DNA of 64,000 nt from NCBI GenBank assembly GCA_965222615.1, contig CBDCUI010000008.1, positions 928,001 to 992,000 of the forward strand, in the 5' to 3' direction. The first letter of the stretch is position 1. Each line of letters begins with the position of its first letter. The stretch comes from Gammaproteobacteria bacterium (GTDB taxonomy: Bacteria > Pseudomonadota > Gammaproteobacteria > UBA4575). The notes under the pieces are model-generated. The model did no database searches, had not been told where the DNA came from, and worked only from the letters and a program-made list of their open reading frames with translations. The position numbers and the translations under genes were made by a program. Below are positions 40,631-50,276 of the stretch, one piece after another.

Positions 40631-42494
40631 ATGTCAAAAAGTAATTTAAATAATATGTCTACTTGGGTGAGCCAGCGTTTTGGGCTGATGGTGATAATGG
40701 CATCATTACTCGCTGCAATTTCTATTATCTATTTGCTATTTAATCATTTACATGCATCACGAATTGCACAAATACGTACACAAGGTATTGAACTAGTTCG
40801 TATAATATCTGAAATTCCATATCGCCAACTTGTGCCTAATGAGGGACGTCGAGGAACCTTAGAACTTATAAAATATAACAAGAACGATCCAAATTTTGCA
40901 TATGGTGCGATTGTCGATAAAAAAGGTGCGCTTATAACCAGCGCAGCAATCACTGGGATTATTATTCCGAAACTGAACCCTCCTGCAGATCCTAGTAATT
41001 GGTTAGCCGAAAAAAATCTTCTATTAGAAGATCAAGGTAAACGTATCATTGAATTTCATGCCCCACTTATAGAAAAGGGTGAGCTACTTGGTTATGTAAG
41101 ATTAGGTTTCTATGAGCCTAAGTACGGTTTATCTTTAGTGCAGATACCATTTTTGGCAATCAGTATCATTGCCAATATTTTTAATTGCTGGCTTGTTCTT
41201 ATATTTAATTAAGAAAGAAATTCGACCTTTAAAGATTGCTGGAAATCAATTAAATGATTTAGTAAATCGAGGTAATTTTGAGCAGGTAGAATTGCAAGCA
41301 AGTGGAGAGTTATCTGATTTTATTAACAAATTTAATAATTTCGTGCAACTTGCACAATCCCGAATATCTGAATTGGAATCGAACAAGGATGATTTGGTAG
41401 CGTCCTCAAAGCTTCTCACATACAAACAATCCAAGATCGAAAGTGTATTGCAAGCGCTACCGGAAGCTGTTTTAGTGTTTGATGAGTCTGGAGGCGTAAG
41501 TTTTGCAAATTCTAAAGTTTCAAGTTTATTAAGTGTATCAGTTGAAGCAATTTTGAATAATGATGTTGCAAGTTGGTCTACTGACCAAAATGTATTGAAA
41601 TACATTAAAAAAATAAAAAACAACCCGGTTTCTAGTTATCCTGCTGAAAGACTTGAATTTACTCCAGAACATTCGCCAAACAAGCGAATTGCTTTAAAAG
41701 CATATCCATTGTTTTCGCCTAAAGAAACTAAGCATGTATATGGCACATTGGTGTTGTTCCAAGATGTTACTCAAGAAAATCTTGCTAAACATGCTCGTGG
41801 TGAATTTGTAGCTCACGTTGCGCATGAGCTAAAAGCACCATTAAATGTGCTTGCAATGTATAGCGAGTCATTGCAACGAAAAGAAGGTCAATCCGCAGAG
41901 TTTCGTACTGAAGCTGTAAATGTAATTCATGATGAAGTTGAGCGTATTTCAATGCTTATTAATAATCTTTTAAGTATTACAAAAATTGAAGTGGGCAGCC
42001 TAAGTCTTGAAAGACAACACGTAAAGTTACGTGATTTATTAGAAGATATATTTGAAAACATGCAAAGAAGTGGTCGTACTAAACAACTGAATTTTACTTT
42101 CGATGTCCCCAAAGAAATGTCACCATTGTACATTGATAAGAGTTTGCTGCGTGTAGCGGTTAACAATCTATTAACTAATGCAGTTAAATATAGCGAGCCC
42201 AACGGCACCGTTACACTGTCAGCGGGAGAAATAGATAATTCAGTCTATATTAAGGTAAGAGATTTTGGAATTGGTATTGCAGAAGATGAGCAAGATCATA
42301 TTTTCGATAAATTTTATCGTTCCGATAATGAACAGGTTAGAGAACGTACAGGGCATGGTCTAGGTCTTTCGCTTGCAAAGGATATTGTGCAACTGCATCA
42401 CGGTAGTTTGCATGTACAAAGCCAATTAGGAGAGGGCTCCGAGTTTACCATTATGTTGGAAAACAATTCTTCGATGTTAGAGAGAGCGGTTTGA
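40631..42494 (+). pseudogene. Membrane PAS-type sensor histidine kinase, frameshifted near 41150-41165
   Basis: The upstream ORF has TM1 and a periplasmic domain; the downstream ORF has TM2, a PAS-like region, AHELKAPL, NLLTNAVKYS, DFGIG and GHGLGL. Removing 1 nt gives one 620-aa protein. Confidence 0.75.
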
Positions 42495-42877
42495 CTATGC
42501 AAAATATATTAATCGTTGAAGACGAGCCCCATGTAGTTCGAGTAATGAAACTAGCGTTAGAAGAGAATGGTTATATTGTAAATGTTGCGCATAACGGCGA
42601 ACAAGCGCTTGATAAGCTTGATCAAGGCCTGCCTGATTTGCTAATCACGGACATTGATATGCCTCGTATGAATGGCAGAGATCTATGCAAAAAAATTGAA
42701 GAGGAAATGCCTGATAGAAAGTTTCCTATACTTGTGCTTACTGCTAAAACTGAGCTTGAGCATCGTGAATGGACTAGAGATATGGTAAATGCGATGTTCC
42801 TAGAAAAGCCTGTAAGTATAAGAAAACTGCTTAAGATGCTTGATGAGTATAAGAGTGGATCAGGATTGGCGGCATGA
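42491..42877 (+). CDS. Single-domain response regulator
   Basis: ILIVEDE, LITDIDMP, LTA, KP. Confidence 0.9.
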   Translation: MTMQNILIVEDEPHVVRVMKLALEENGYIVNVAHNGEQALDKLDQGLPDLLITDIDMPRMNGRDLCKKIEEEMPDRKFPILVLTAKTELEHREWTRDMVNAMFLEKPVSIRKLLKMLDEYKSGSGLAA

Positions 42878-45072
42878 AAAACTCACTTAAACAAATCGAC
42901 TTTCAGAAGTTTACTGATCTGGTATTACATTTGAATCCTAACATTCAAGTGTTATCAGCTTGTGATAGCGATGGAGAAATATTTTGGTTAAGTGATCAGT
43001 CCTATAAAAAAGCAGTAAATACAGTTACGACCGAACTTCACCAAAACTTAGATCGTAATCAAAACAGTGATCATACTTATTTTAGATCCTCTGGTAGAGG
43101 AGAATCTCTCTATCACATTGTGTTATTTGACATGGCTGATAATCCATGTGGTGGCCTTACTATAATTGTAAAAGTTGATAGCAATCAAAACGAAGAGAAC
43201 CCCTGCGACAAACAAAGTTTAGAATTTGTTGCTACATGTGTCACAAAAGAGCGCGAGCTTGTTGCTGAGCTAAATTCAATGGCACATGAGTTAGAAGAAA
43301 GATATGAAGAATTAAATCTAGTATACGATACCTCTGATCAGTCTGATGGACCAATAAATGGTCCAGAAGTTTTGCAACAGCTTGTTCAAAATTGTACTGA
43401 TTATCTTGATGTTGCCATGGCGGTATTAATTATGCCTCGAGAGGATCTAACGGTATTTCATCATAATACTAAACACACTATTCACTATATTCACTCAATA
43501 CTCTTACAACTCAGAAATAGTTTATATCCATGGACGGAAGAAAATGCATCTAGTCTAGTAATGAATGATTTAACTGATACACGGCGCGTTACACTTTTAC
43601 CGGACGTGCCTTACAAAGTTATTTGTTGTCCTATTTTAGTTTCTAATAACGAAGTGAGTGGAATACTCGTCACATTAAATCCAAACTATTCTCGTGATTT
43701 TACAAATAGTGACCGCAATTTATTAGAAACCATGTCGAAAAAAGCGGCTAAAGTTGCGATGGCTAACTATGACGCCCTGACTGGTCTATTAAAACGCAAT
43801 GGATTTGAACATTTGCTTGAAAATGCGCTTGCCTCTGCACAATCAGAAGGAAAAATATATTGTGTGTTACATATAGATATAGATGGAGTGAAAGTTATTA
43901 ATGATACGGCTCATACTAAAGCTGGTGATCAGTTAATCATTGATGTCGGAAATTTAATACGTGACAAAATACGAGATACAGATTCTTTAGCACGTTTGAC
44001 TGGCGACAAATATGGTGTGTTACTTGATTCATGTTCTTTAGAAATGAGTTGCAGTATCGCAGATAACATTCGTTCAGCAATTCATGAAATGAATTTTTCT
44101 TGGGATGGACACGTTTATGATACTTCTGCATGTATAGGTGTTGCAGAAATGAATGCTGATTGTGAAAGCATTCAAAGTGTCTTTGCAGCTGCGGAGTTAG
44201 CAGTAAATGTTGCTAAGGAACAAGGTCGCAATCTTGTACAAGTTTATCAGCCGGGAGATACACAATTACAACGTCGTAAAGGTGAAGTGCTTTGGGTAAG
44301 AGTCATACAGAAGGCATTAAATCAAAACGGATTTGAGTTATATTGTCAAATGATCCAACCAATTGATAATTCTTCCCATACTTTACATTTTGAAATTTTA
44401 CTAAGAATGTTGGATACAGATGGCACGGTTATAACGCCGGGTAAATTCATGCCAGCTGCAGAAAGATTCCGTCTCATGCCAATGATCGACACATGGGTTG
44501 TTGAAAAAACCTTTGAGATGCTTGCCGAAGCAGCCGATTATGCGGACGTTAATGATTATATATGGACAATAAATCTTTCTGGTCAATCAATGAATGAACC
44601 AAATTTAGAAGAGATAGTTTCAACACTTGTAAATAAATATCAAATTTCTCCTGAAATGTTTTGTTTTGAGGTTACAGAAACGGTTGCTGTAAGTAATTTG
44701 AAAGATGCAAGACATCTTATAACTACTCTAAAAGATCAAGGTTTTCAATTTGCGTTAGATGATTTTGGCTCTGGGTTAAGTTCTTTTGCATATTTAAAGA
44801 GTTTACCGGTTGATTATCTTAAAATTGATGGAGCTTTTATAAAAGGAATTGTTGATGATCCTTTTACGGAAGCTATTGTAAGAGCGATTAATCAAGTGAG
44901 CCAAGTACGTGGTCTTGAAACAATTGCTGAATTTGTAGAAAACCCAGAAATAATTCGTTGTATCAAAGATATTGGGATTAATTATGCTCAAGGTTATGGC
45001 ATAAGTGCACCCATTCCACTTTCTGAGCAGTTAAATAAATTACGACTCGAAAAATTACGTTTTGTTAGTTAA
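42874..45072 (+). CDS. GAF-GGDEF(degenerate)-EAL protein, probable c-di-GMP phosphodiesterase
   Basis: DALTGL, RDTD...TGDKY, EILLRM, INLS, EVTET, DDFGSG, KIDG, AEFVE, QGY. Confidence 0.88.
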   Translation: MKNSLKQIDFQKFTDLVLHLNPNIQVLSACDSDGEIFWLSDQSYKKAVNTVTTELHQNLDRNQNSDHTYFRSSGRGESLYHIVLFDMADNPCGGLTIIVKVDSNQNEENPCDKQSLEFVATCVTKERELVAELNSMAHELEERYEELNLVYDTSDQSDGPINGPEVLQQLVQNCTDYLDVAMAVLIMPREDLTVFHHNTKHTIHYIHSILLQLRNSLYPWTEENASSLVMNDLTDTRRVTLLPDVPYKVICCPILVSNNEVSGILVTLNPNYSRDFTNSDRNLLETMSKKAAKVAMANYDALTGLLKRNGFEHLLENALASAQSEGKIYCVLHIDIDGVKVINDTAHTKAGDQLIIDVGNLIRDKIRDTDSLARLTGDKYGVLLDSCSLEMSCSIADNIRSAIHEMNFSWDGHVYDTSACIGVAEMNADCESIQSVFAAAELAVNVAKEQGRNLVQVYQPGDTQLQRRKGEVLWVRVIQKALNQNGFELYCQMIQPIDNSSHTLHFEILLRMLDTDGTVITPGKFMPAAERFRLMPMIDTWVVEKTFEMLAEAADYADVNDYIWTINLSGQSMNEPNLEEIVSTLVNKYQISPEMFCFEVTETVAVSNLKDARHLITTLKDQGFQFALDDFGSGLSSFAYLKSLPVDYLKIDGAFIKGIVDDPFTEAIVRAINQVSQVRGLETIAEFVENPEIIRCIKDIGINYAQGYGISAPIPLSEQLNKLRLEKLRFVS

Positions 45073-45121
45073 GTTTATTGAATTTGAACCTGTGCATCCA
45101 ACGGATAAATAATTTTAAAGG

Positions 45122-47188
45122 TTGATATCAGTGAGCGCCGCTGAAGAATATATTACTCAAGAAATCATGTGTAGCCGCGTAGGTGCTATGACCTATCTTG
45201 CGCCTAAGTCTAAACTTGTTGGAGATTCTATAGAAGCTTTTAAATCGGTCGTTTCTGATTGCATTAATAAAAATGAAAGCCATATTATAGTTGATCTTGC
45301 AACTACTGTACTTATTAATAGTGCAGCCCTTGAAACTTTATTGGACACTCAAGATGAATTAATGAAATTAGGGGGCAGTCTAAAGCTCGCAAACGTCAAG
45401 GAGAATATACTAGAGATATTTCAAATTACTGGATTTAAAAACGCAATAAGCATACTGAAAGCCGATGGACAAGCAACTGTCATCACAGCTATACAGAAAG
45501 ATTTTAAAGATAATTTGCGGCTAGGCGATATTCTTTTAGCTAAAGGCATAATTACAGCAGCGCAAATAAATGAGGCGTTAAAACTACAGGAGGCAACTGG
45601 TAAAAAACTTGGTCAAGTTATTGTAGATCGTGGGTGGGTTTCTGAACAGGAAATATTAAAGGCACTTTCTGAGCAGCTATCTGTTCCATATATTCGGTTA
45701 AAAGCGGGTCTTTATGATCCAGAAGTAGTAGGTTTGCTTGATAAAAATGTTGCAAAACGTTTAAAGGTACTACCATTATTCAAAATCAGAGGTGAGCTTT
45801 CTTTGGCCACTGCTGATGCGCAAGCAGTTCCAAGTTTTAATGAAGTCGAAGAGCGTTTAGGTTGTCGTGTAAGACCAATTCTTGCGCGTCGCGAAGATAT
45901 TCTTGAGAGCATTAATGAAGCCTATACACATAATAATCTTGCAACTGAATTTATTAGTGAGTTAGAAGATGATTTTGAAGTTATTGAAAATCAGCTCGAC
46001 CATGATTACGCAGCAATTGATGAAGTTGCAGCAGAAAGTCCAGTAATCAACCTTATAAATTCAATAATTCAACGCGCAGTTCGCGATCATGCAAGTGATG
46101 TGCATATAGAACCAGCACGTGGAAAATCTCGTGTACGTTTTCGCATTGATGGTTTGTTATATGAAGTAATGACACCCAAAGCAGAATTACATCCTGCATT
46201 AGTGTCGCGTTTAAAGGTTATGGCAAACCTAGATATTTCAGAACGCAGGTTACCTCAAGATGGCCGTATTCAAGTGCAAACTCAAGGTCGCTCTGTGGAT
46301 TTACGTTTTAGTTCATTGCCAGGTCTTTATGGTGAAAAAGTCGTTCTACGCGTGTTAGATAAAAATCAGGCAATTCTTGATGTTAACAAGTTAGGAATGA
46401 GTAAAGATACTTTAAATGTGTTTACCGATTTATTAGATAGCAGTTATGGCTTGTTACTTGTAACTGGTCCAACAGGTAGCGGTAAAACAACGAGTTTATA
46501 TGCAGCGATAAATTACTTAAATTCAATTGAAAAAAATATTGTAACAATTGAGGAGCCAGTCGAATATCAGGTAGATATTGTCAATCAAAATGAGGTGAAA
46601 GGAAAAATTGGTTTAACCTTTGCAAAAATGCTTAAGCATGTTTTACGACAAGATCCTGATGTAGTTATGGTAGGAGAGATACGTGAGCGTGAAACTGCCG
46701 AAATAGCTGTACAAGCTGCACTAACAGGACATCTTGTTTTATCCACTCTACACACCAATGACAGTGTAGGTGCGATTAATCGCATGATTGATATGGGGAT
46801 AGAGCCTTATTTATTATCTTCTGCAATGATTGGTGTTGTTGCACAACGCTTAGTCAGAGTAATTTGTCCTGCCTGTAAAACCAGTTCCTTAGCTCCCCCC
46901 GAAATTGTTAAACGCTATGCATGGTTAGAAGAAGATACGGTTAAACTTTATCGTGGTCGAGGGTGCCCCGAATGTTATGACTCTGGTTACAAAGGTCGTA
47001 TCGGTATTTACGAGGCATTGCAAGCGGATGCGGATCTGCAACAACTTATTATGACTAATCCCAGTCGAGATGAGTTAGATATTTATATCGAGAAACAAAA
47101 TATCAAAACATTGTTTTCAGATGGGTTAGATCGGGTGCGTGAAGGCATTACTACGATTGAAGAAGTAACGCGTGTAGTTAATACCTAA
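45122..47188 (+). CDS. GspE/PilB assembly ATPase with N-terminal STAS and MshEN domains
   Basis: STAS (IIVDL..TVLINSAAL...LKLAN...IFQITG), RLGDILLAKG...Q motif, GPTGSGKT, LRQDPD, STLHTND, CPAC/CPEC. Confidence 0.9.
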   Translation: MISVSAAEEYITQEIMCSRVGAMTYLAPKSKLVGDSIEAFKSVVSDCINKNESHIIVDLATTVLINSAALETLLDTQDELMKLGGSLKLANVKENILEIFQITGFKNAISILKADGQATVITAIQKDFKDNLRLGDILLAKGIITAAQINEALKLQEATGKKLGQVIVDRGWVSEQEILKALSEQLSVPYIRLKAGLYDPEVVGLLDKNVAKRLKVLPLFKIRGELSLATADAQAVPSFNEVEERLGCRVRPILARREDILESINEAYTHNNLATEFISELEDDFEVIENQLDHDYAAIDEVAAESPVINLINSIIQRAVRDHASDVHIEPARGKSRVRFRIDGLLYEVMTPKAELHPALVSRLKVMANLDISERRLPQDGRIQVQTQGRSVDLRFSSLPGLYGEKVVLRVLDKNQAILDVNKLGMSKDTLNVFTDLLDSSYGLLLVTGPTGSGKTTSLYAAINYLNSIEKNIVTIEEPVEYQVDIVNQNEVKGKIGLTFAKMLKHVLRQDPDVVMVGEIRERETAEIAVQAALTGHLVLSTLHTNDSVGAINRMIDMGIEPYLLSSAMIGVVAQRLVRVICPACKTSSLAPPEIVKRYAWLEEDTVKLYRGRGCPECYDSGYKGRIGIYEALQADADLQQLIMTNPSRDELDIYIEKQNIKTLFSDGLDRVREGITTIEEVTRVVNT

Positions 47189-47200
47189 AGAGTTTCGCTT

Positions 47201-48328
47201 ATGCCTATTGAAATAAAACAAGATGCGACCATTCACACAGATAGCCAAAAAAGTAGTATATGGCATGGGAAAGCCTCGTTCTTTAACAGCAAAAAAATAT
47301 CACCTAAAGATAGGATTATCTTATTTCAGCAAATTCAGCTATTACTTCAAACTGGAACCCCTCTGTATGCAGGTTTATGTGCTTTAGAGAAACAAATAGA
47401 AAAACCTGCAGTGAAAGATTTAATTGCAAAATTGATAGAAACAATTGATGAAGGAAAGTCTTTTTCCTATGCATTATCTAAATTTCCGAATGTGTTCACT
47501 TCAACACAAATTAATCTAATATCTGCAAGTGAAGAAGGTGGATTTATGCCTGAAGTATTACAACAGATTTTAGACATGGAAGAACGTCGAGAGAAACTAA
47601 GAAACACATTAGTATCAGCAATATCTTACCCCAGTTTTTTAGCAATTTTTTCCCTTGCAGTAGTTGTATTCATATTAACAGTAGTTTTTCCTAAGTTTTC
47701 AGAATTATTTGCCAAGATACATGATCAGTTACCAATCACGACTAAAGCACTTATGTGGATGAGCGAAGTATTGACAGATCATTGGATGATAGTGATTGGA
47801 GTGGTCGCTGCTTTAGTGCTATTAGTTAGTCGTTGGACAAAAAGTGAGGCAGGTAAATCACTTATTGATAAATTTAAGCTATCATTTCCAGTCATAAAGA
47901 ATGTTTTTACGCAGATGTACCTTGTTCAGTCTTTACGTGTCATGAGTTTATCGCTTGGAAATGGAGTGAGTATTATGGATACCTTAGCTGATTGTAAAAA
48001 TACTGTGCAAAATAAAATCTATCAGAGCTTTCTGCAAGATGTTGAGTTGAAAGTACAAGAAGGTAGTGGAATTAGTAGCGGGTTTGCACAAGTAGAGTTT
48101 ATTCCGCCATTGGTTAAGCAAATGATTACCACAGGCGAAGAGACGGGTAATTTACCTAAGGTGATGAAAAAAATTGCAGATCATTATGAAACTGAATTGT
48201 TAAAGTACTTACAAACGTTATCTAAGCTTGCAGAGCCTATTATGCTGCTATTAATGGGTGGATTAGTTGGAATTATTGTAAGCTCACTAATTTTGCCCAT
48301 CTTTTCACTATCAAGAGCTGTACACTAA
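47201..48328 (+). CDS. GspF/PilC inner-membrane platform protein
   Basis: SAISYP, VVFPKF, GEETGNL, AEP, LPIF. Confidence 0.9.
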   Translation: MPIEIKQDATIHTDSQKSSIWHGKASFFNSKKISPKDRIILFQQIQLLLQTGTPLYAGLCALEKQIEKPAVKDLIAKLIETIDEGKSFSYALSKFPNVFTSTQINLISASEEGGFMPEVLQQILDMEERREKLRNTLVSAISYPSFLAIFSLAVVVFILTVVFPKFSELFAKIHDQLPITTKALMWMSEVLTDHWMIVIGVVAALVLLVSRWTKSEAGKSLIDKFKLSFPVIKNVFTQMYLVQSLRVMSLSLGNGVSIMDTLADCKNTVQNKIYQSFLQDVELKVQEGSGISSGFAQVEFIPPLVKQMITTGEETGNLPKVMKKIADHYETELLKYLQTLSKLAEPIMLLLMGGLVGIIVSSLILPIFSLSRAVH

Positions 48329-48562
48329 ATTAGGTACAGTGTCGATTCACACTAAGCAGTTTCTCAGTAGGCTGCAGTTCGTATGACATATTTTGTCACT
48401 AGTTCTCTAATTGTATGGACAAAGTTTGTAATCTATAGAAGCTTGTCGATTCAGATATCAATTATTCATATAATCAAATATAAACTTTATAGTAACTAAC
48501 TATTTGCAAATAGGTTATTTGGGAATCCAAATTCCCAAAAATTGTAACTCCATCACTCGTCG

Positions 48563-48579
48563 TTGGCATATCTTCTGCA
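48563..48579 (+). promoter_or_regulatory. Candidate sigma54 promoter upstream of pilin copy 2
   Basis: TTGGCATATCTTCTGCA has exact GG-N10-GC spacing; palindromes upstream at 48384-48398 and 48518-48539. Confidence 0.6.
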
Positions 48580-48713
48580 CTATTCGTATCAGTTAAAACT
48601 AAATATTCGGCGTGAATGAGTTATGTGAACTGTATTGTTCAGTTCATAGCTTTGTTTGCCGATAACCAATACAGATAACTATGTATTTTTCAATAGACTT
48701 TTGAGGGATCAAA

Positions 48714-49244
48714 CAATGAGAACAGCAAAGAGCAAGCGAGCACAGGGATTCACCTTGGTGGAGCTATTAATCGTAGTGATTATATTGGCGATATTGGCGG
48801 CAATCATCGTGCCGCAATTTTCTGCTAGTACCAACGATGCCAAAGCGGCAGCATTACAGTCCAATCTTGCCAACATGCGTTCGGCAATCGAATTCTATTT
48901 TCAAGAACACGGCGAATATCCGGGAGCCAATATTGCCACCGGAGCGACCTGTGTAAATGGAGCAGCGGTAACATCAGGAGCCGCCAATAGTGAAGCGGCC
49001 TTATTAGCGCAACTTACGCGTTATACGAATGCGGATGGATTAGCGTGTACCGGAAAAGATGCGACGACATTTAAGTATGGGCCGTATTTAAAGAGCGCGA
49101 TCCCGGATAATCCGGAAGGAACGAGCAATACCATCACGGTAGTGAATGCTGGGGTATTGGGGTTGACCTCAGGAACGACAGGTGGTTGGCGCTATGACAC
49201 CGTGACTGGTGAATTCATTGCGGATCATTAATCGATAATTCCCT
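48714..49244 (+). repeat. Direct repeat copy 2 of the pilin gene
   Basis: Matches 35891-36421 except for one synonymous site. Confidence 0.93.
48716..49231 (+). CDS. Major (pseudo)pilin, GspG-like, copy 2
   Basis: Protein identical to 35893-36408; GAGG RBS precedes ATG 48716. Confidence 0.88.
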   Translation: MRTAKSKRAQGFTLVELLIVVIILAILAAIIVPQFSASTNDAKAAALQSNLANMRSAIEFYFQEHGEYPGANIATGATCVNGAAVTSGAANSEAALLAQLTRYTNADGLACTGKDATTFKYGPYLKSAIPDNPEGTSNTITVVNAGVLGLTSGTTGGWRYDTVTGEFIADH

Positions 49245-49268
49245 CGACCATATGGTCGAGGGAATTAT
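49235..49268. other. Perfect 34-bp palindrome after pilin copy 2
   Basis: ATAATTCCCTCGACCATATGGTCGAGGGAATTAT. Confidence 0.85.
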
Positions 49269-49277
49269 TTCCACAAT

Positions 49278-49835
49278 ATGAATATGTTCCGGAATAGAGG
49301 GGTTACCCTTACAGATACTATGCTTGCAGTTGCAATCATGGCGATGTTTGCTGTTATTGCATTTCCATCATTTACTTCTAGTGAAAAATATCAGCTTGAT
49401 TTAGCTGTACAAGAAATAAGAGCAGCTATAGGTTTTGCACGTAACGAAGCATTGCGTACAGGCGATGTTTATGGCGTAGATATAGATCGCACTACTAATC
49501 AATTTACTATTTACAAGGCAGATCTTACCGCAACTCCCGTTGCACAAGAGTTTATCGCCTATCATCCAATCAATAAAAACCTATACGACTATAATCTCAA
49601 TACAGATTTTAATTTATCAAATATCAAAATAACAAATACAACTGAACCTTTTTTATTTACAGATTCGGTAAGACGAAATTCATTATTGTTTACCGGGAAT
49701 GGTAACCCTGTATGGATTGATTCTAGTTCCGGTGCAATTCGTCAGCTCGTAAGTGGAAGTTTACGGTTAGCGATTAATTCACGAATAAATAATCTCAATA
49801 TAGAGCCATATAGTGGAAGAGTTACCATGCAATGA
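49278..49835 (+). CDS. Minor pilin, GspH/FimU-like
   Basis: RG/VTLTD signal, FARNEA, C-terminal SGRV. Confidence 0.75.
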   Translation: MNMFRNRGVTLTDTMLAVAIMAMFAVIAFPSFTSSEKYQLDLAVQEIRAAIGFARNEALRTGDVYGVDIDRTTNQFTIYKADLTATPVAQEFIAYHPINKNLYDYNLNTDFNLSNIKITNTTEPFLFTDSVRRNSLLFTGNGNPVWIDSSSGAIRQLVSGSLRLAINSRINNLNIEPYSGRVTMQ

Positions 49836-50275
49836 AAAAACACAGCTACGCTACAAATTGTTGTCGGAAAATACGAGGTTTTTCTTATGTAGAGGTTTTG
49901 GTTGCAACAGTATTTCTTGCGATTACGCTGGTGCCGGCATTGGAAACATTAGAAGGTGCACTGAATGGTTCGCAGGTGCATGAAGCATTATTAACGCAAC
50001 AGTTTCATCTACAAACTAAGTTAGAAGAAGTGCTTGCGCAGTCTTATGACGCATTAGATGCTGTGGCGGTTGCTGCAGGAAGTAGCACTGTACCCACCAG
50101 CTATTCTGATGCAATTGGAGAAACTCATCGACGCCTTGTCTATTTGTCTAAATACGATGGCGATAACGTTGATGGAGATGGTGACCCTTTTACTGGAGTG
50201 GATGATGATTTGCTTTGGGTACGTGTTGAAATTGAAGCCACTGAATTTTCACTTGAAACCTTAACGAACAGATAA
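49832..50275 (+). CDS. Minor pilin, GspI/PilV-like
   Basis: RG/FSYVEVLVA; contains a DGDNVDGDGD acidic loop. Confidence 0.75.
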   Translation: MKKHSYATNCCRKIRGFSYVEVLVATVFLAITLVPALETLEGALNGSQVHEALLTQQFHLQTKLEEVLAQSYDALDAVAVAAGSSTVPTSYSDAIGETHRRLVYLSKYDGDNVDGDGDPFTGVDDDLLWVRVEIEATEFSLETLTNR

Positions 50276-50276
50276 T

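Noticed and set aside
48656-48715. 20-aa N-terminal extension of pilin copy 2 in the ORF track
   Set aside because: Homology with copy 1 and the GAGG RBS place the start at ATG 48716.
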